Part shown: positions 1-8,699 of the stretch, one piece after another
Layout: the number at the start of each line of letters is the position of its first letter
How positions within the stretch are numbered: position 1 is the first letter of the stretch
Assembly (NCBI GenBank): GCA_037190965.1
Contig: JBBCKI010000058.1
Span: forward strand, 1 to 26,752
DNA: 26,752 bases
DNA from: Chthoniobacteraceae bacterium
Lineage (GTDB): Bacteria > Verrucomicrobiota > Verrucomicrobiia > Chthoniobacterales > Chthoniobacteraceae
Reading direction: 5' to 3'
Position numbers and translations under genes: made by a program
The notes under the pieces: generated by a model
What the model was told of the DNA's origin: nothing
What the model saw: only the letters and a program-made list of their open reading frames with translations
Databases searched by the model: none

Positions 1-113
1 CGGCGTCGCGGAGCTCCGCCCTCCCTCTACCGCGCGGCAAGCGCGCGCAGGATGAAAGCTTCTTGACCGATGTGGCAACACCCTCCAACGGAGGGCGGAG
101 CTCCGCGACGCCG
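1..113. repeat. Perfect 24-bp inverted repeat pair, REP-like (GGAGGGCGGAGCTCCGCGACGCCG)
   Basis: 1-24 (CGGCGTCGCGGAGCTCCGCCCTCC) is the exact reverse complement of 90-113. Each unit contains the palindrome GCGGAGCTCCGC. Lies just downstream of the ABC ATPase stop and may extend beyond the window start. Confidence 0.8.
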
Positions 114-134
114 CACCCCTTGCAGCCGAAGGCT

Positions 135-887
135 TCAGCGCATTTCCCGATGCTCCTGGGCGGCTTGCTCGGAGTCGATCAAGGCCAGGAAGATGCGTTC
201 CAGGCCGCCGGATTCTTCCGCCTGTTTGCGAAGGTCGTCCACGGAGCCACCCGCGATCAGCCGCCCGCGGTGGATGATGCCGATCCGGTCGGCGATTTCC
301 TCGGCGATGTTCAAGGTGTGCGTTGAGAGGAAAATGGTGGTTCCGGCGCGGCTCCGGGCCTTGAGCTCGTTCTTGACGATGCGCGCGTGTTGCGGGTCGA
401 GCCCCACCATCGGCTCGTCGATGATGATGACGCGCGGTTCGTGCAACAGGGCGGAGGAGATGACGAGCCGCTGGCGGGTGCCGTGGCTCAGGTTCTCGGT
501 CAGCTCGTTGCGGTAATCGTCGAGATGGAATTTTTCAAACAGGGCATCGGTTCGCCGGGCGGCTTCGCGCGGTTCGATGCCGAAGAGATCACCGGTGAAC
601 TGCATGAACTCGCGCGAGGTGAGCTTGTCGTAGAGGAAGGGGAAATCGGGCACATACGCCATCTGCGCCTTGGCGGCCTCGGGCTGGTTTTGCACATGGC
701 ACCCGCCGACGATGCAATGGCCCGATGTCGGGCGCAGCAGCCCCGCGAGCATTTTGATGGTGGTCGTCTTCCCTGCGGCGTTGGGGCCCAGAAACGCGAA
801 GAACTCCCCCTGTTTGATGTCGAGGTTCAGGTTGTTGACCGCGCGCAGGTCGCCGAAGTGCTTGCAGAGAGAATGGGTCTGGATCAC
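135..887 (-). CDS. ABC transporter ATP-binding protein (ABC-2/exporter type)
   Basis: Walker A GPNAAGKT, signature LSHGTRQ, Walker B IIIDEP, H-loop STH. Start moved to GTG at 887 (VIQTHSL), 5 nt after the upstream stop; the longer ORF extension overlaps the upstream gene. Confidence 0.93.
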   Translation of the reverse strand: MIQTHSLCKHFGDLRAVNNLNLDIKQGEFFAFLGPNAAGKTTTIKMLAGLLRPTSGHCIVGGCHVQNQPEAAKAQMAYVPDFPFLYDKLTSREFMQFTGDLFGIEPREAARRTDALFEKFHLDDYRNELTENLSHGTRQRLVISSALLHEPRVIIIDEPMVGLDPQHARIVKNELKARSRAGTTIFLSTHTLNIAEEIADRIGIIHRGRLIAGGSVDDLRKQAEESGGLERIFLALIDSEQAAQEHREMR

Positions 888-892
888 GGGCT

Positions 893-1645
893 TTAATCGT
901 CGGGGGAAAAGGTGAAACCGAAAATGGTCTTGATGCTCAGGATCTGGCCGAGATGGCTGATGTCGGCCTCGACCATCGGCGAACTGCTCTGGCGCGCAGA
1001 GAGCCGGTAGGTCTGAACCCGTTCGCCCTGGATCTGGGTTTCGGACTGGCGCGCGGTAAAGGTCAGGGAACCGCTGGAATCGGCGGCGCTCTTGGCGCTG
1101 AGCGCGACCTGGGTCAGAATCGAGGGGTCGAGGCCGAGCCCTTCGAGGGCGTCCTGCGCGCCTTTCCGGTCGAGCGTGAGCGTGGTTTCCACGGGGTCCT
1201 CGTCCTCGTGCCGGATGGTGTAGATTGCCTTGTTTTGCCCAGGGTCGATCTCGATATCGGTCGAGATCTTCGGGCCAAGGGCGTCGATGTGAACTTTCAG
1301 GTTTCGCAGCGCGAAGGAGCGGTCCATCTCCGCCGTGCCTCGCCAACTGAAGGGTTGTTCCGCCATGAACGGGAGTTCCACCAAGATGTTGCCAGTGAAA
1401 TCAACCATGCAAATGCCGTCGGAATCGAAACGGCGGGGTTGAAGCGACAAGGCGCCGATCCGTTTATTGCCCTGAAAGACCGCGAGGTTCGAGGTCTGCT
1501 CGTGCGTGAACATCTGCCGGACGACATGCACCACCGGGACTGCCAGAATCTCACTGGTAGCCGGGTTGACCCAGAGCTGGACGAGCGCGCCGGTCATCAA
1601 CAACCAGAAGAAGACGACCCCGGCGATGAGCAAGCGTTGGAACAT
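893..1645 (-). CDS. Hypothetical protein with N-terminal membrane anchor and beta-rich exported domain
   Basis: 250 aa ORF, hydrophobic N-terminus (LLIAGVVFFWLLMTGALVQLWV), tight co-directional spacing with folE2 (27 nt) and the ATPase (5 nt). Confidence 0.75.
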   Translation of the reverse strand: MFQRLLIAGVVFFWLLMTGALVQLWVNPATSEILAVPVVHVVRQMFTHEQTSNLAVFQGNKRIGALSLQPRRFDSDGICMVDFTGNILVELPFMAEQPFSWRGTAEMDRSFALRNLKVHIDALGPKISTDIEIDPGQNKAIYTIRHEDEDPVETTLTLDRKGAQDALEGLGLDPSILTQVALSAKSAADSSGSLTFTARQSETQIQGERVQTYRLSARQSSSPMVEADISHLGQILSIKTIFGFTFSPDD

Positions 1646-1672
1646 GGTGTCAGGGCGTGGCAGGCCGTCGCC

Positions 1673-2473
1673 TTATGAAGCGCGGCTCTTTTCCAGCATG
1701 GCGTACGCGTTGTGGTTGTGGATCGACTCGAAGTTCTCCGCTTCCACCTTGTACCACCGGATGTTGGGCTCCCTGTCGGACCGGGCCGCGACATTGCGCA
1801 CGAGGTCTTCCACGAATACCGGGTTCTGATAGGCGCGTTCGGTCACTTCCTTTTCATCGGGACGTTTGAGGAGCGAGTAAAGCTCGCTGCTCGCGCAGCT
1901 TTCTACAAGCTGGATGAGGTCTTCGATCCAGATCGGCTTATGAAAACGCACGGAATACGTCACCTGCCCCCGCTGGTTATGCGCCCCAAACTGGCTGATC
2001 GCCTTGGAGCAGGGGCAGAGAGTGGTTACCGGGACAATCACAGTCAAAATGAAATCGGAGCCATTCGCATTGCTGGTTGCGGAGAAGCGGACGGTATAGT
2101 CCATCAACCCCACGGCCTTGGTCGCGGGAGCCTTTTTTTCCAGAAAGAAGGGAAACTCGAAATCGACGTGGGCGGTGTCGGAGTGGAGTTTCTTGCGCAG
2201 GTTCACCAGAATTTCGTGGATGTTGTCCACATGCAGCACCGGGCCATGTTCGTTGAGCACCTCGATGAAGCGGCTCATGTGAGTCCCTTTGTAGTGGTGC
2301 GGGAGGTCCACGGTCAGGGCGACATTGGCCACCGTGCTCTGGAGCGCATGGGCCTTGTCACGAATCTGGATCGGGAACCGGAGGTTCTTTACCCCCACGC
2401 GATCGATCGCGATCTGGCGGTGATCCGGTTCGTTTTGGGTATCTTTAAGGTGTTGAATCGGCTGAGGCTCCAT
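1673..2473 (-). CDS. folE2: GTP cyclohydrolase I type 2 (FolE2)
   Basis: Motifs IDRVGV, KGTHMSRF, TTLCPCSK, GAHNQRG, LLKRPDE, PVFVEDLVR, ESIHNHNAYA. Start set at ATG 2473 (MEPQPIQHLKDTQ). Confidence 0.95.
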   Translation of the reverse strand: MEPQPIQHLKDTQNEPDHRQIAIDRVGVKNLRFPIQIRDKAHALQSTVANVALTVDLPHHYKGTHMSRFIEVLNEHGPVLHVDNIHEILVNLRKKLHSDTAHVDFEFPFFLEKKAPATKAVGLMDYTVRFSATSNANGSDFILTVIVPVTTLCPCSKAISQFGAHNQRGQVTYSVRFHKPIWIEDLIQLVESCASSELYSLLKRPDEKEVTERAYQNPVFVEDLVRNVAARSDREPNIRWYKVEAENFESIHNHNAYAMLEKSRAS

Positions 2474-2582
2474 TGAACAGGTTCTCTGGATAGCACAGAA
2501 AACGGGGGTTCGGCAAAAGAGATGCGCTCTTTTTCGCAAAGTAACGCCGAATGGAGCCTCAAGCCAGGCGGCGGAGCGCCCT

Positions 2583-2728
2583 GGTAGCACGCTCGCGCCG
2601 TCGAGCGCGAGGTTCGGCCCAGTGACTTCATGAGGGCCGCATCCAAATACCGGTAAGCCGTCCTGCGGGGATGGGCGCCAAACGCGACTCTTCATCCATC
2701 CCGCGCTCGACGGCGCGAGCGGACTACC
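2583..2728 (-). repeat. GTAG-ended REPIN/MITE-like element, copy 1 (opposite orientation to copies 2 and 3)
   Basis: Arms GGTAGCACGCTCGCGCCGTCGAGCGCG ... CGCGCTCGACGGCGCGAGCGGACTACC. The reverse complement shares the interior (CATCCCCGCAGGACG...ATGAAG) with 10715-10861 and 23273-23421. Confidence 0.9.
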
Positions 2729-2762
2729 TCGCTTGCTCCAGGCCTTTGCGCAATCCTGAACG

Positions 2763-2800
2763 AAAAATGGCTCTCCGATTGTCACGGAGAGCCATCTTTT
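2763..2800 (-). terminator. Rho-independent terminator of the oxidoreductase pair (possibly bidirectional)
   Basis: 11-bp stem ATGGCTCTCCG/CGGAGAGCCAT (2767-2777/2785-2795) flanked by AAAA and TTTT, just past the stop at 2812. Confidence 0.8.
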
Positions 2801-2811
2801 ATGAGCGTGGG

Positions 2812-3810
2812 TTAAACGCCGCACGATTCCACCCAGCCTCCGCTTGCGGCGGAACGGTAGGCGGCTTCCATGATCGTGACGGCATCGAGGGTCGCCTCGA
2901 GATCGGCGCGACGTTCCTCGTGGCCGATTTCCCCCTGGATAATTTTTACGAGGCGGTCCACGCGGTTGGCGATCTCGTTGGCGGGGACAATTTTCTCGGG
3001 AGCGGAGCCCGGCGCGCCGATCACGTACCCCTCCGGCGTGTTCCAGAGGGACGCCTTGCTGCCGATAATGGCCAGACCGCCGATTCCGCCGGTTTGGGTC
3101 CACCCGGCTTCCACGCTCCCCACGACTCCGGAGGCGAACCGAAGGTGCGCCACGCCGTAATCGTCCACTTTCGGATAGATGCCCGCGTGATTGCCGATGT
3201 CGGCCCAAACCTGCCGCACCGGGCCGAACAGGGTTCGCAACAGGTGGACGGCGTGCGTTCCCATGTCCATGAATGCGCCGCCGCCGGAAAGCTCCGGCTG
3301 GCAGAACCAGGCCAGGTCGGGGTGGTCAAACCAACGGGCATAAACGCCGTGATGCGCGTTGACGAAGCTCACGCGGGTGATTTCGCCAAACGCCTCTTCC
3401 TTCAGGAGCCGGGTGATCGCCTGCATTTCGGCGGTGAACGGCAGGAAGTAACCGCAGAACAGGGGGGCGGATCCCGTCAGCAGCGCGCGAACGGCGGCGA
3501 GTTCCTCCGAGTTGGTCACCAGCGGTTTCTCGCAAAAGACCGGTTTGCCCACCGGGAGCGCCTTTTGGAGAAGCGGCAGGTGCCGGGCGTTCTCCGCGCA
3601 AATGATGAACCCATCCACCCCGGGGTCCCCGAGGACCTCATCGAGCTGATCGACGAAGGGAGCCTGCGCGAGGGCGGCATATCTCCGGCCGCGTTCGCGA
3701 ACGTCGTCCCAGACGGCGGCGACTCGCCGCCCGTCGTTACCGGCGAGGATGTTCTCGATGAAGCTCTTGGTATGGATGTGAGCCGTGGAAAGAATGGCGA
3801 TGTTTGGCAT
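2812..3810 (-). CDS. Gfo/Idh/MocA family oxidoreductase
   Basis: VFCEKP motif, GGGAFMDMGTH, VDDYG. Start at ATG 3810 (MPNIAILSTAHIH), 5 nt after the upstream stop. Confidence 0.9.
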   Translation of the reverse strand: MPNIAILSTAHIHTKSFIENILAGNDGRRVAAVWDDVRERGRRYAALAQAPFVDQLDEVLGDPGVDGFIICAENARHLPLLQKALPVGKPVFCEKPLVTNSEELAAVRALLTGSAPLFCGYFLPFTAEMQAITRLLKEEAFGEITRVSFVNAHHGVYARWFDHPDLAWFCQPELSGGGAFMDMGTHAVHLLRTLFGPVRQVWADIGNHAGIYPKVDDYGVAHLRFASGVVGSVEAGWTQTGGIGGLAIIGSKASLWNTPEGYVIGAPGSAPEKIVPANEIANRVDRLVKIIQGEIGHEERRADLEATLDAVTIMEAAYRSAASGGWVESCGV

Positions 3811-3815
3811 AGGGC

Positions 3816-4871
3816 TTACAGGGAGATCTCCACTTCGCGGCCCAGCTTTGACGAGGTTTCGATGGCCTCCAGGGTGGCAATGACGCGGATGGTTTCCGTC
3901 CACGGCACGGGCGAGGGCTCATTGTCGGCCACGCATTTGAAAAACGCGCGGAGTTCCTCGTGGTGCGCTACGACGTCGTTCCTTGCCGGGGCAAGCGAGC
4001 CCTGGCAGAAAACGCCGTTGACGGCGGAGGCATACTGTCCGGAAGGCCATTGAACCCCCGCGCCTTTGCCAAAGAGCTGGAAGCTGACATCCTCGTCTTC
4101 TTCCTGATGCCCGAGCCACGAGGCTTCAAGCGTCATCGTCGCTCCGTTTTCAAAATGAATGAATCCGGCGGCGAAGTCTTCCACGTCGAAGCGCGCGCGG
4201 TCCCACTCTCCCCACTTGCCGGGAATGGTGTGGCCTTTCGCAAAATTGGTTTTCATCGTGCCGGTCACCCGGACCGGTTTCGGGAATTCCATGATCCAGA
4301 GGCAGGTATCGAGCGCGTGCACGCCGATATCCATGCACGGGCCGCCGCCGGAGAGTCGGCTGTCGATGAACCCCGGCGATGGGGGGAGCCACGCGCGGCG
4401 CATCGCGCGCACACGGGCGTGGTAAACTTCCCCGAGCGCGCCAGTTGCCACCCATTGTTTGATGGCGGTGGAGTCTGGCCGAAAACGCTGATGTTGGGCG
4501 GTCATCAGTTTGAGCCCCTTGCGATCCGCCAGTTCGCCCATTTGGCGGACTTCCGCGGTCGTCACGGCGAGCGGCTTTTCGCAAATGACATGGCGGCCGG
4601 TTTCCAGCGCGGCGAGTGTCACCGGAGTGTGTTGCAGGTTGGGAATGCAAATGTCGACGATGTCGATCTCCTCTCGCTTCAGCATCTCGCGGTAATCGGT
4701 GTAAACCTGCGGAATGCAGAACTGGGTCGCGGCGGCCTTGGCGGCGTCCAGGTTGATATCTGTAATGGCAACAACTTCCGCCTCAGTGATATTTTTCCAG
4801 CCAGGAAGGTGCACGGCTTTGGAGATTCCGCCGGCGCCGACAACGGCGACTTTCAGTTTTTTGGAGTTCAT
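3816..4871 (-). CDS. Gfo/Idh/MocA family oxidoreductase
   Basis: Rossmann VAVVGAGGI, HVICEKP, GGGPCMDIGVH, DVEDFA. Start at ATG 4871 (MNSKKLKV). Confidence 0.93.
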   Translation of the reverse strand: MNSKKLKVAVVGAGGISKAVHLPGWKNITEAEVVAITDINLDAAKAAATQFCIPQVYTDYREMLKREEIDIVDICIPNLQHTPVTLAALETGRHVICEKPLAVTTAEVRQMGELADRKGLKLMTAQHQRFRPDSTAIKQWVATGALGEVYHARVRAMRRAWLPPSPGFIDSRLSGGGPCMDIGVHALDTCLWIMEFPKPVRVTGTMKTNFAKGHTIPGKWGEWDRARFDVEDFAAGFIHFENGATMTLEASWLGHQEEDEDVSFQLFGKGAGVQWPSGQYASAVNGVFCQGSLAPARNDVVAHHEELRAFFKCVADNEPSPVPWTETIRVIATLEAIETSSKLGREVEISL

Positions 4872-4944
4872 ATGATGAAACAAGCGATAGCAGAGCCTTC
4901 CCGGAATATCTTGCGGCCGGCTGACAAATTATTACGGTGGATTG

Positions 4945-5805
4945 ATGCCGTGCCTGCATCTCAATCTTCCCCCCGAGGCATGTTGTTCGCTGGTGGTCTG
5001 GAACTACCGCTCTCCTAAAGAACCGTCCGCGCCTCATACCCATACCTTTTATGAACTCTTTTGGGTGGAGAGCGGGGAGGGGTGTCACTGGATTTTTGGC
5101 GAACGGCGGGTGATGAAGCCCGGCTTTCTGGCGCTGGTGCGGCCCGAGGATTCCCATGCGTTTTCGGTGCTCGAGGAGGGCGGGGAGGTCAGCTTCAGCA
5201 ATTTCGCCTGTTATCCTTCCACCTGGGAGCGTGTGCGGAGGCGGTTTTTTGGGAATCAGCCTGTCTTTTTCGCCGAGCCGGATTATCGGCGGCGCGAGTG
5301 GATGCTGGATGGAGCGGAGTTGGAACGGGTGCGACTGCTTGCCGCCGATCTCCACACCGGCTCCAGCGACTCCCTGACGGCGGAGGCGTTTCTCGTGGGC
5401 CTTTTCTCTTTACTGGAGAACCGGAAGAAACGCCTGAGCCGGGCGTTAACGGCCCCCGCATGGCTGGCCGCGGCGTGCGAGTCGATCCGCGTTTATCCGC
5501 ATTTCAAGGAGGGAGTCGACGCCTTCGTGAAACGCGCCGGTCGTTCCCCCGAGCATGTCGCGCGGGAATGCAGGAGGCATTTTGGAAAGACGCCGCGCGA
5601 TTTCGTCAACGAAGCCCGGCTTGAATACGCCGCCGCGCAACTCTGCACTTCCAACCACCCCATCCTCGACATCGTTTTTGAGGCGGGTTTCGAAAACGTC
5701 GGCCATTTCTACCAACTCTTTCGCCGCCGCTATGGACAATCCCCCCGGCAATACCGGCTGCACTATGCGGCGAAGGAAAGAGCCAAACCTGGCGAGGAGC
5801 CCTGA
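4945..5805 (+). CDS. AraC family transcriptional regulator (cupin + double HTH, ChbR/RhaS-like)
   Basis: Cupin HTHTFYELFWV...H..., C-terminal RLEYAAAQL...ILDIVFEAGFENVGHFYQLFRRRYGQSPRQYR. Divergent from the oxidoreductases. Confidence 0.92.
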   Translation: MPCLHLNLPPEACCSLVVWNYRSPKEPSAPHTHTFYELFWVESGEGCHWIFGERRVMKPGFLALVRPEDSHAFSVLEEGGEVSFSNFACYPSTWERVRRRFFGNQPVFFAEPDYRRREWMLDGAELERVRLLAADLHTGSSDSLTAEAFLVGLFSLLENRKKRLSRALTAPAWLAAACESIRVYPHFKEGVDAFVKRAGRSPEHVARECRRHFGKTPRDFVNEARLEYAAAQLCTSNHPILDIVFEAGFENVGHFYQLFRRRYGQSPRQYRLHYAAKERAKPGEEP

Positions 5806-5880
5806 ATCCTGAGTTGACCTCGATTGCTGATTGCCTTCGGCCGAACATGCAGTTCAATGGACGTTCAGCTCAAATTCTCC

Positions 5881-6606
5881 ATGCAAAAAGAGAAAATCAC
5901 CGCGCTGTTTGATCAGCAGGCGTCATCGTACGATCAAAAATGGAGCGAGTTGGCTCCCATCAACGCTTGCTTGCATTTGCTTGCGGCTACGGTGCTTTCG
6001 GAACTTCCCTCGAAGGCTAATATTCTTTGCGTTGGAGCCGGAACCGGCACTGAAATTCTTTACCTGGCCAAAAGATTTCCTGATTGGCGCTTCACGGCCG
6101 TAGAGCCGTCCAGCGCGATGTTGGACATTTGTCGACGCCGGGCCATGGAGCATGGAATTTCTGCGCGATGTGTCTTTCATCTCGGCTATCTCGAATCTCT
6201 TCCATCTTTTCCTTTAGGCAGATCATTTGATGCCGCGACTGTCTTCCTGGTCTCTCAGTTCATACAGGATCGCACCCTTCGTTCCCGGTTCTTCAAAGAC
6301 ATTGCCGACCGTCTTTGCCCGGAAGGTCTCTTAATCAGCTCCGACTTGGCGGGCGACCTGGCGGCTGCGGATCAGAGTTTGCTGAGGGTTTGGTTTCATC
6401 TGATGAAAGGCATTGGCATTTCTCTCGAGGAGATGGAGAGGATGCGCGAAGCCTACGTCCGGGACGTCGCCGTCTTACCGCCTCAAGACGTCCGCGATAT
6501 TATCCTGCTCGGGGGCTTTGCGTCGCCCGTTCATTTTTTCCAAGCCGGATTGATTCATGCTTGGTATGCGAAACGCTCCTCTCAGTCTCAGGCGGCGGGT
6601 GGCTAA
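5881..6606 (+). CDS. Class I SAM-dependent methyltransferase
   Basis: SAM motif ILCVGAGTGTE, AVEPSSAML, FDAAT. Start uncertain (5857 or 5881). Confidence 0.88.
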   Translation: MQKEKITALFDQQASSYDQKWSELAPINACLHLLAATVLSELPSKANILCVGAGTGTEILYLAKRFPDWRFTAVEPSSAMLDICRRRAMEHGISARCVFHLGYLESLPSFPLGRSFDAATVFLVSQFIQDRTLRSRFFKDIADRLCPEGLLISSDLAGDLAAADQSLLRVWFHLMKGIGISLEEMERMREAYVRDVAVLPPQDVRDIILLGGFASPVHFFQAGLIHAWYAKRSSQSQAAGG

Positions 6607-8306
6607 ACCTTGAACAGCGCCCCCATCTTCCTTCCGAGGATGCGGCTTGCACCGAAGAGGGTGATGCCGAGGAAGACCATCGCCCAGACGCCAAGGGCTG
6701 CGGCGATAAAACGGCCTTCGCCCAGTAGCTGGAAGAGTTCGTAAATCGCCTTGGTAATCGGGAAGTCGGCCCGGCGCTGCGCGAGGATGAGCGAGTCGGA
6801 GACCTCCAGCATGGCGAAGGAGAAGGCGAGGAGCCCTCCGGCGATGAGGTTCGCGCCGATCAACGGCAGGGTGATGCGGCGCAGGGCGCGCAGCGGCGTC
6901 GCGCCGAGGTTCTGCGCGGCTTCCTCCAGCGTGACGCTGGTTTGCTGCAACCCGGCGACCGCCGAGCGGACCACATACGGCAGCCGCCGGACGGAATAGG
7001 CGATCACCAGCAGCGCGGTGGGATCGTGTAACGGGTTGAGGAACGCGAAAACGCGACCCTCCTGGGTCATCGCAAGGTAGCCGAAGGCGAGGACGAGGCC
7101 CGGAACGGCAAGGGGCAGCATCGAGAGGGTGTCGAGCAGCGCGCGGCCCGGCAGCGTGGTGCGGACCACCACATAGGCGATGCCGATGCCCAGCAGAAGA
7201 TCCACCCCGGTGGCCAGCCCCGCGTATTTGACGCTGTTCATGATGGCGGGAACCGTCAATTCATGGCTCAGCGCGGCTTGATAGTGGGCGAGCGTCCATG
7301 TCTCCGGGAGCACGGAGGCATACCAATCCTTGGCAAAGGAGACAAGGATCACCCCCGCGTGAGGCAGCAGCGCGACGGCGATCACTCCCGCGAACAGCGC
7401 CGAGCAGAGCAACCCACGTCCCCAGCCGAGCGGACGGGCGGTGGCGGCGCGGGTCGCCTTCGGAAGAATGGCGAAGGCGCGCCCGCCGAAACCCCATTTG
7501 CCGAGGGCATAGAGAAGCAGGGTCGCCACGAGAGTCACTACCACCAGTGCGTAGGGGAAGGGATTGCCCGAGAGCTCCCGCAGGCCTCGGAAGATTTGGA
7601 CGGGGGTGACGCGGGAATAGTCGAACATGAGCGGCACGCCGAGTTCCGTGAACGCCCAGATGAAGACCAGCGTACCGCCCGCGAAGATGCCGGGAGCCGC
7701 CAGCGGCAGGGTGATACGGCGGAATTTTCGCCAGCCGGTGCAGCCGAGGTTTTCCGCGGCCTCATCCATGGCGGGGTCGAGGTTTGCCAATGCCGCCGAG
7801 ACGTTGAGGTAAAAAATCGGGTAAAGGTGCAGAGCGTTCATCAGGACGATTCCCCAGAATCGCCCGCCGGGGAAGCCGCCAAGCCAGTCAATCGTCTCGC
7901 CGCCGGAGAGCAGGCCCAGATGCGTCAGGAGCGCGTTGAACGCGCCGTATTGCCCGAGTATCTGCTTCATCCCGATGGCTCCGACGAACGGGGGAAGCAC
8001 CATCGGGACGAGAAGAAGCGCGAGGAGCGCCGGCTTGCCGGGGAAGGTGTAGCGTCCGCCTACCCAGGCCAGCGGGATGGCGATGCAGGCGGTCAGAGCG
8101 GTGCTCGCCACGGCGAGGCGGAAGGCGTTCCAGAGCCCCTCCAGATAAACGCGGTTGCGAAAGACCTCCGCGATGTAGTCGAAGGTCCAGTTCCCGGAGG
8201 CGTCGATGAACGCCCCCTGCACTGTCTGCGCGACCGGCCACGCCAGGAACGCGGCGAAGAAGAGCGCGGTGAGAAGGGCAACCAGCGTGGCGAAGGCGCG
8301 GGACAT
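6603..8306 (-). CDS. ABC transporter permease, FbpB/iron(III)-type (duplicated TM modules)
   Basis: Two EAA loops (MDEAAENLG, LEEAAQNLGA), PPFVGA, PGLVLAFG, many TM segments. Start at ATG 8306 (MSRAFATL). Confidence 0.9.
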   Translation of the reverse strand: MSRAFATLVALLTALFFAAFLAWPVAQTVQGAFIDASGNWTFDYIAEVFRNRVYLEGLWNAFRLAVASTALTACIAIPLAWVGGRYTFPGKPALLALLLVPMVLPPFVGAIGMKQILGQYGAFNALLTHLGLLSGGETIDWLGGFPGGRFWGIVLMNALHLYPIFYLNVSAALANLDPAMDEAAENLGCTGWRKFRRITLPLAAPGIFAGGTLVFIWAFTELGVPLMFDYSRVTPVQIFRGLRELSGNPFPYALVVVTLVATLLLYALGKWGFGGRAFAILPKATRAATARPLGWGRGLLCSALFAGVIAVALLPHAGVILVSFAKDWYASVLPETWTLAHYQAALSHELTVPAIMNSVKYAGLATGVDLLLGIGIAYVVVRTTLPGRALLDTLSMLPLAVPGLVLAFGYLAMTQEGRVFAFLNPLHDPTALLVIAYSVRRLPYVVRSAVAGLQQTSVTLEEAAQNLGATPLRALRRITLPLIGANLIAGGLLAFSFAMLEVSDSLILAQRRADFPITKAIYELFQLLGEGRFIAAALGVWAMVFLGITLFGASRILGRKMGALFKV

Positions 8307-8358
8307 TGGTTTTTGCCGGTTACGAGGTGCGGCTCTCCATAACCATCTCGTTGACCAT

Positions 8359-8554
8359 CTCGTTACCAATCTCCAGATTGGTAACGCCCTTGTCTGCGAA
8401 TCTTCGATTCGTCATCGTGCGAGTTCTTTCTCCAGCGTTGGAGAAAGAAAAGGGGCGCGAGCACTGAGTCTGCCGGGGGTGTGCGCGCGACGGGAGGCTG
8501 CGAAACTGGAGTTTCGAAGACAGGGGCATTCCCAATCTGGAGATTGGGAACGAG
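8359..8554. repeat. CTCGTT-ended palindromic repeat element (REP doublet/MITE-like)
   Basis: Left arm 8359-8411 (CTCGTTACCAATCTCCAGATTGGTAACGCCCTTGTCTGCGAATCTTCGATTCG) is an imperfect inverted copy of right arm 8501-8554 (...TTCCCAATCTGGAGATTGGGAACGAG). Internal 11-bp stem at 8424-8449. Confidence 0.85.
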
Positions 8555-8699
8555 AGGCAAAACGCCGCGAAAAAAAGGCCTTCCGACGTTTCAGTGCGCA
8601 ACGCCCAAGCGGCGCTGTTCCGCCGCTTTGAAGTTGCGCCTGGCTGCCTCAAGACGAATCCATTTCGAACCCCTCTTGAAGGCTCGCAATGCATGGCTC

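Noticed and set aside
888..1346. N-terminal extension of the 403 aa ATPase ORF
   Set aside because: Arg/Pro-rich shadow translation overlapping the real gene 893-1645; the ATPase domain starts at 887.
2474..3208. 245-aa N-terminal extension of FolE2 (511 aa ORF)
   Set aside because: Runs through a repeat, a terminator and another gene in a different frame; not a real fusion.
8607..8628. Hairpin AAGCGGCG/CGCCGCTT downstream of gatB
   Set aside because: No T-tract on the gatB strand and only one copy; cannot be called a terminator or REP.
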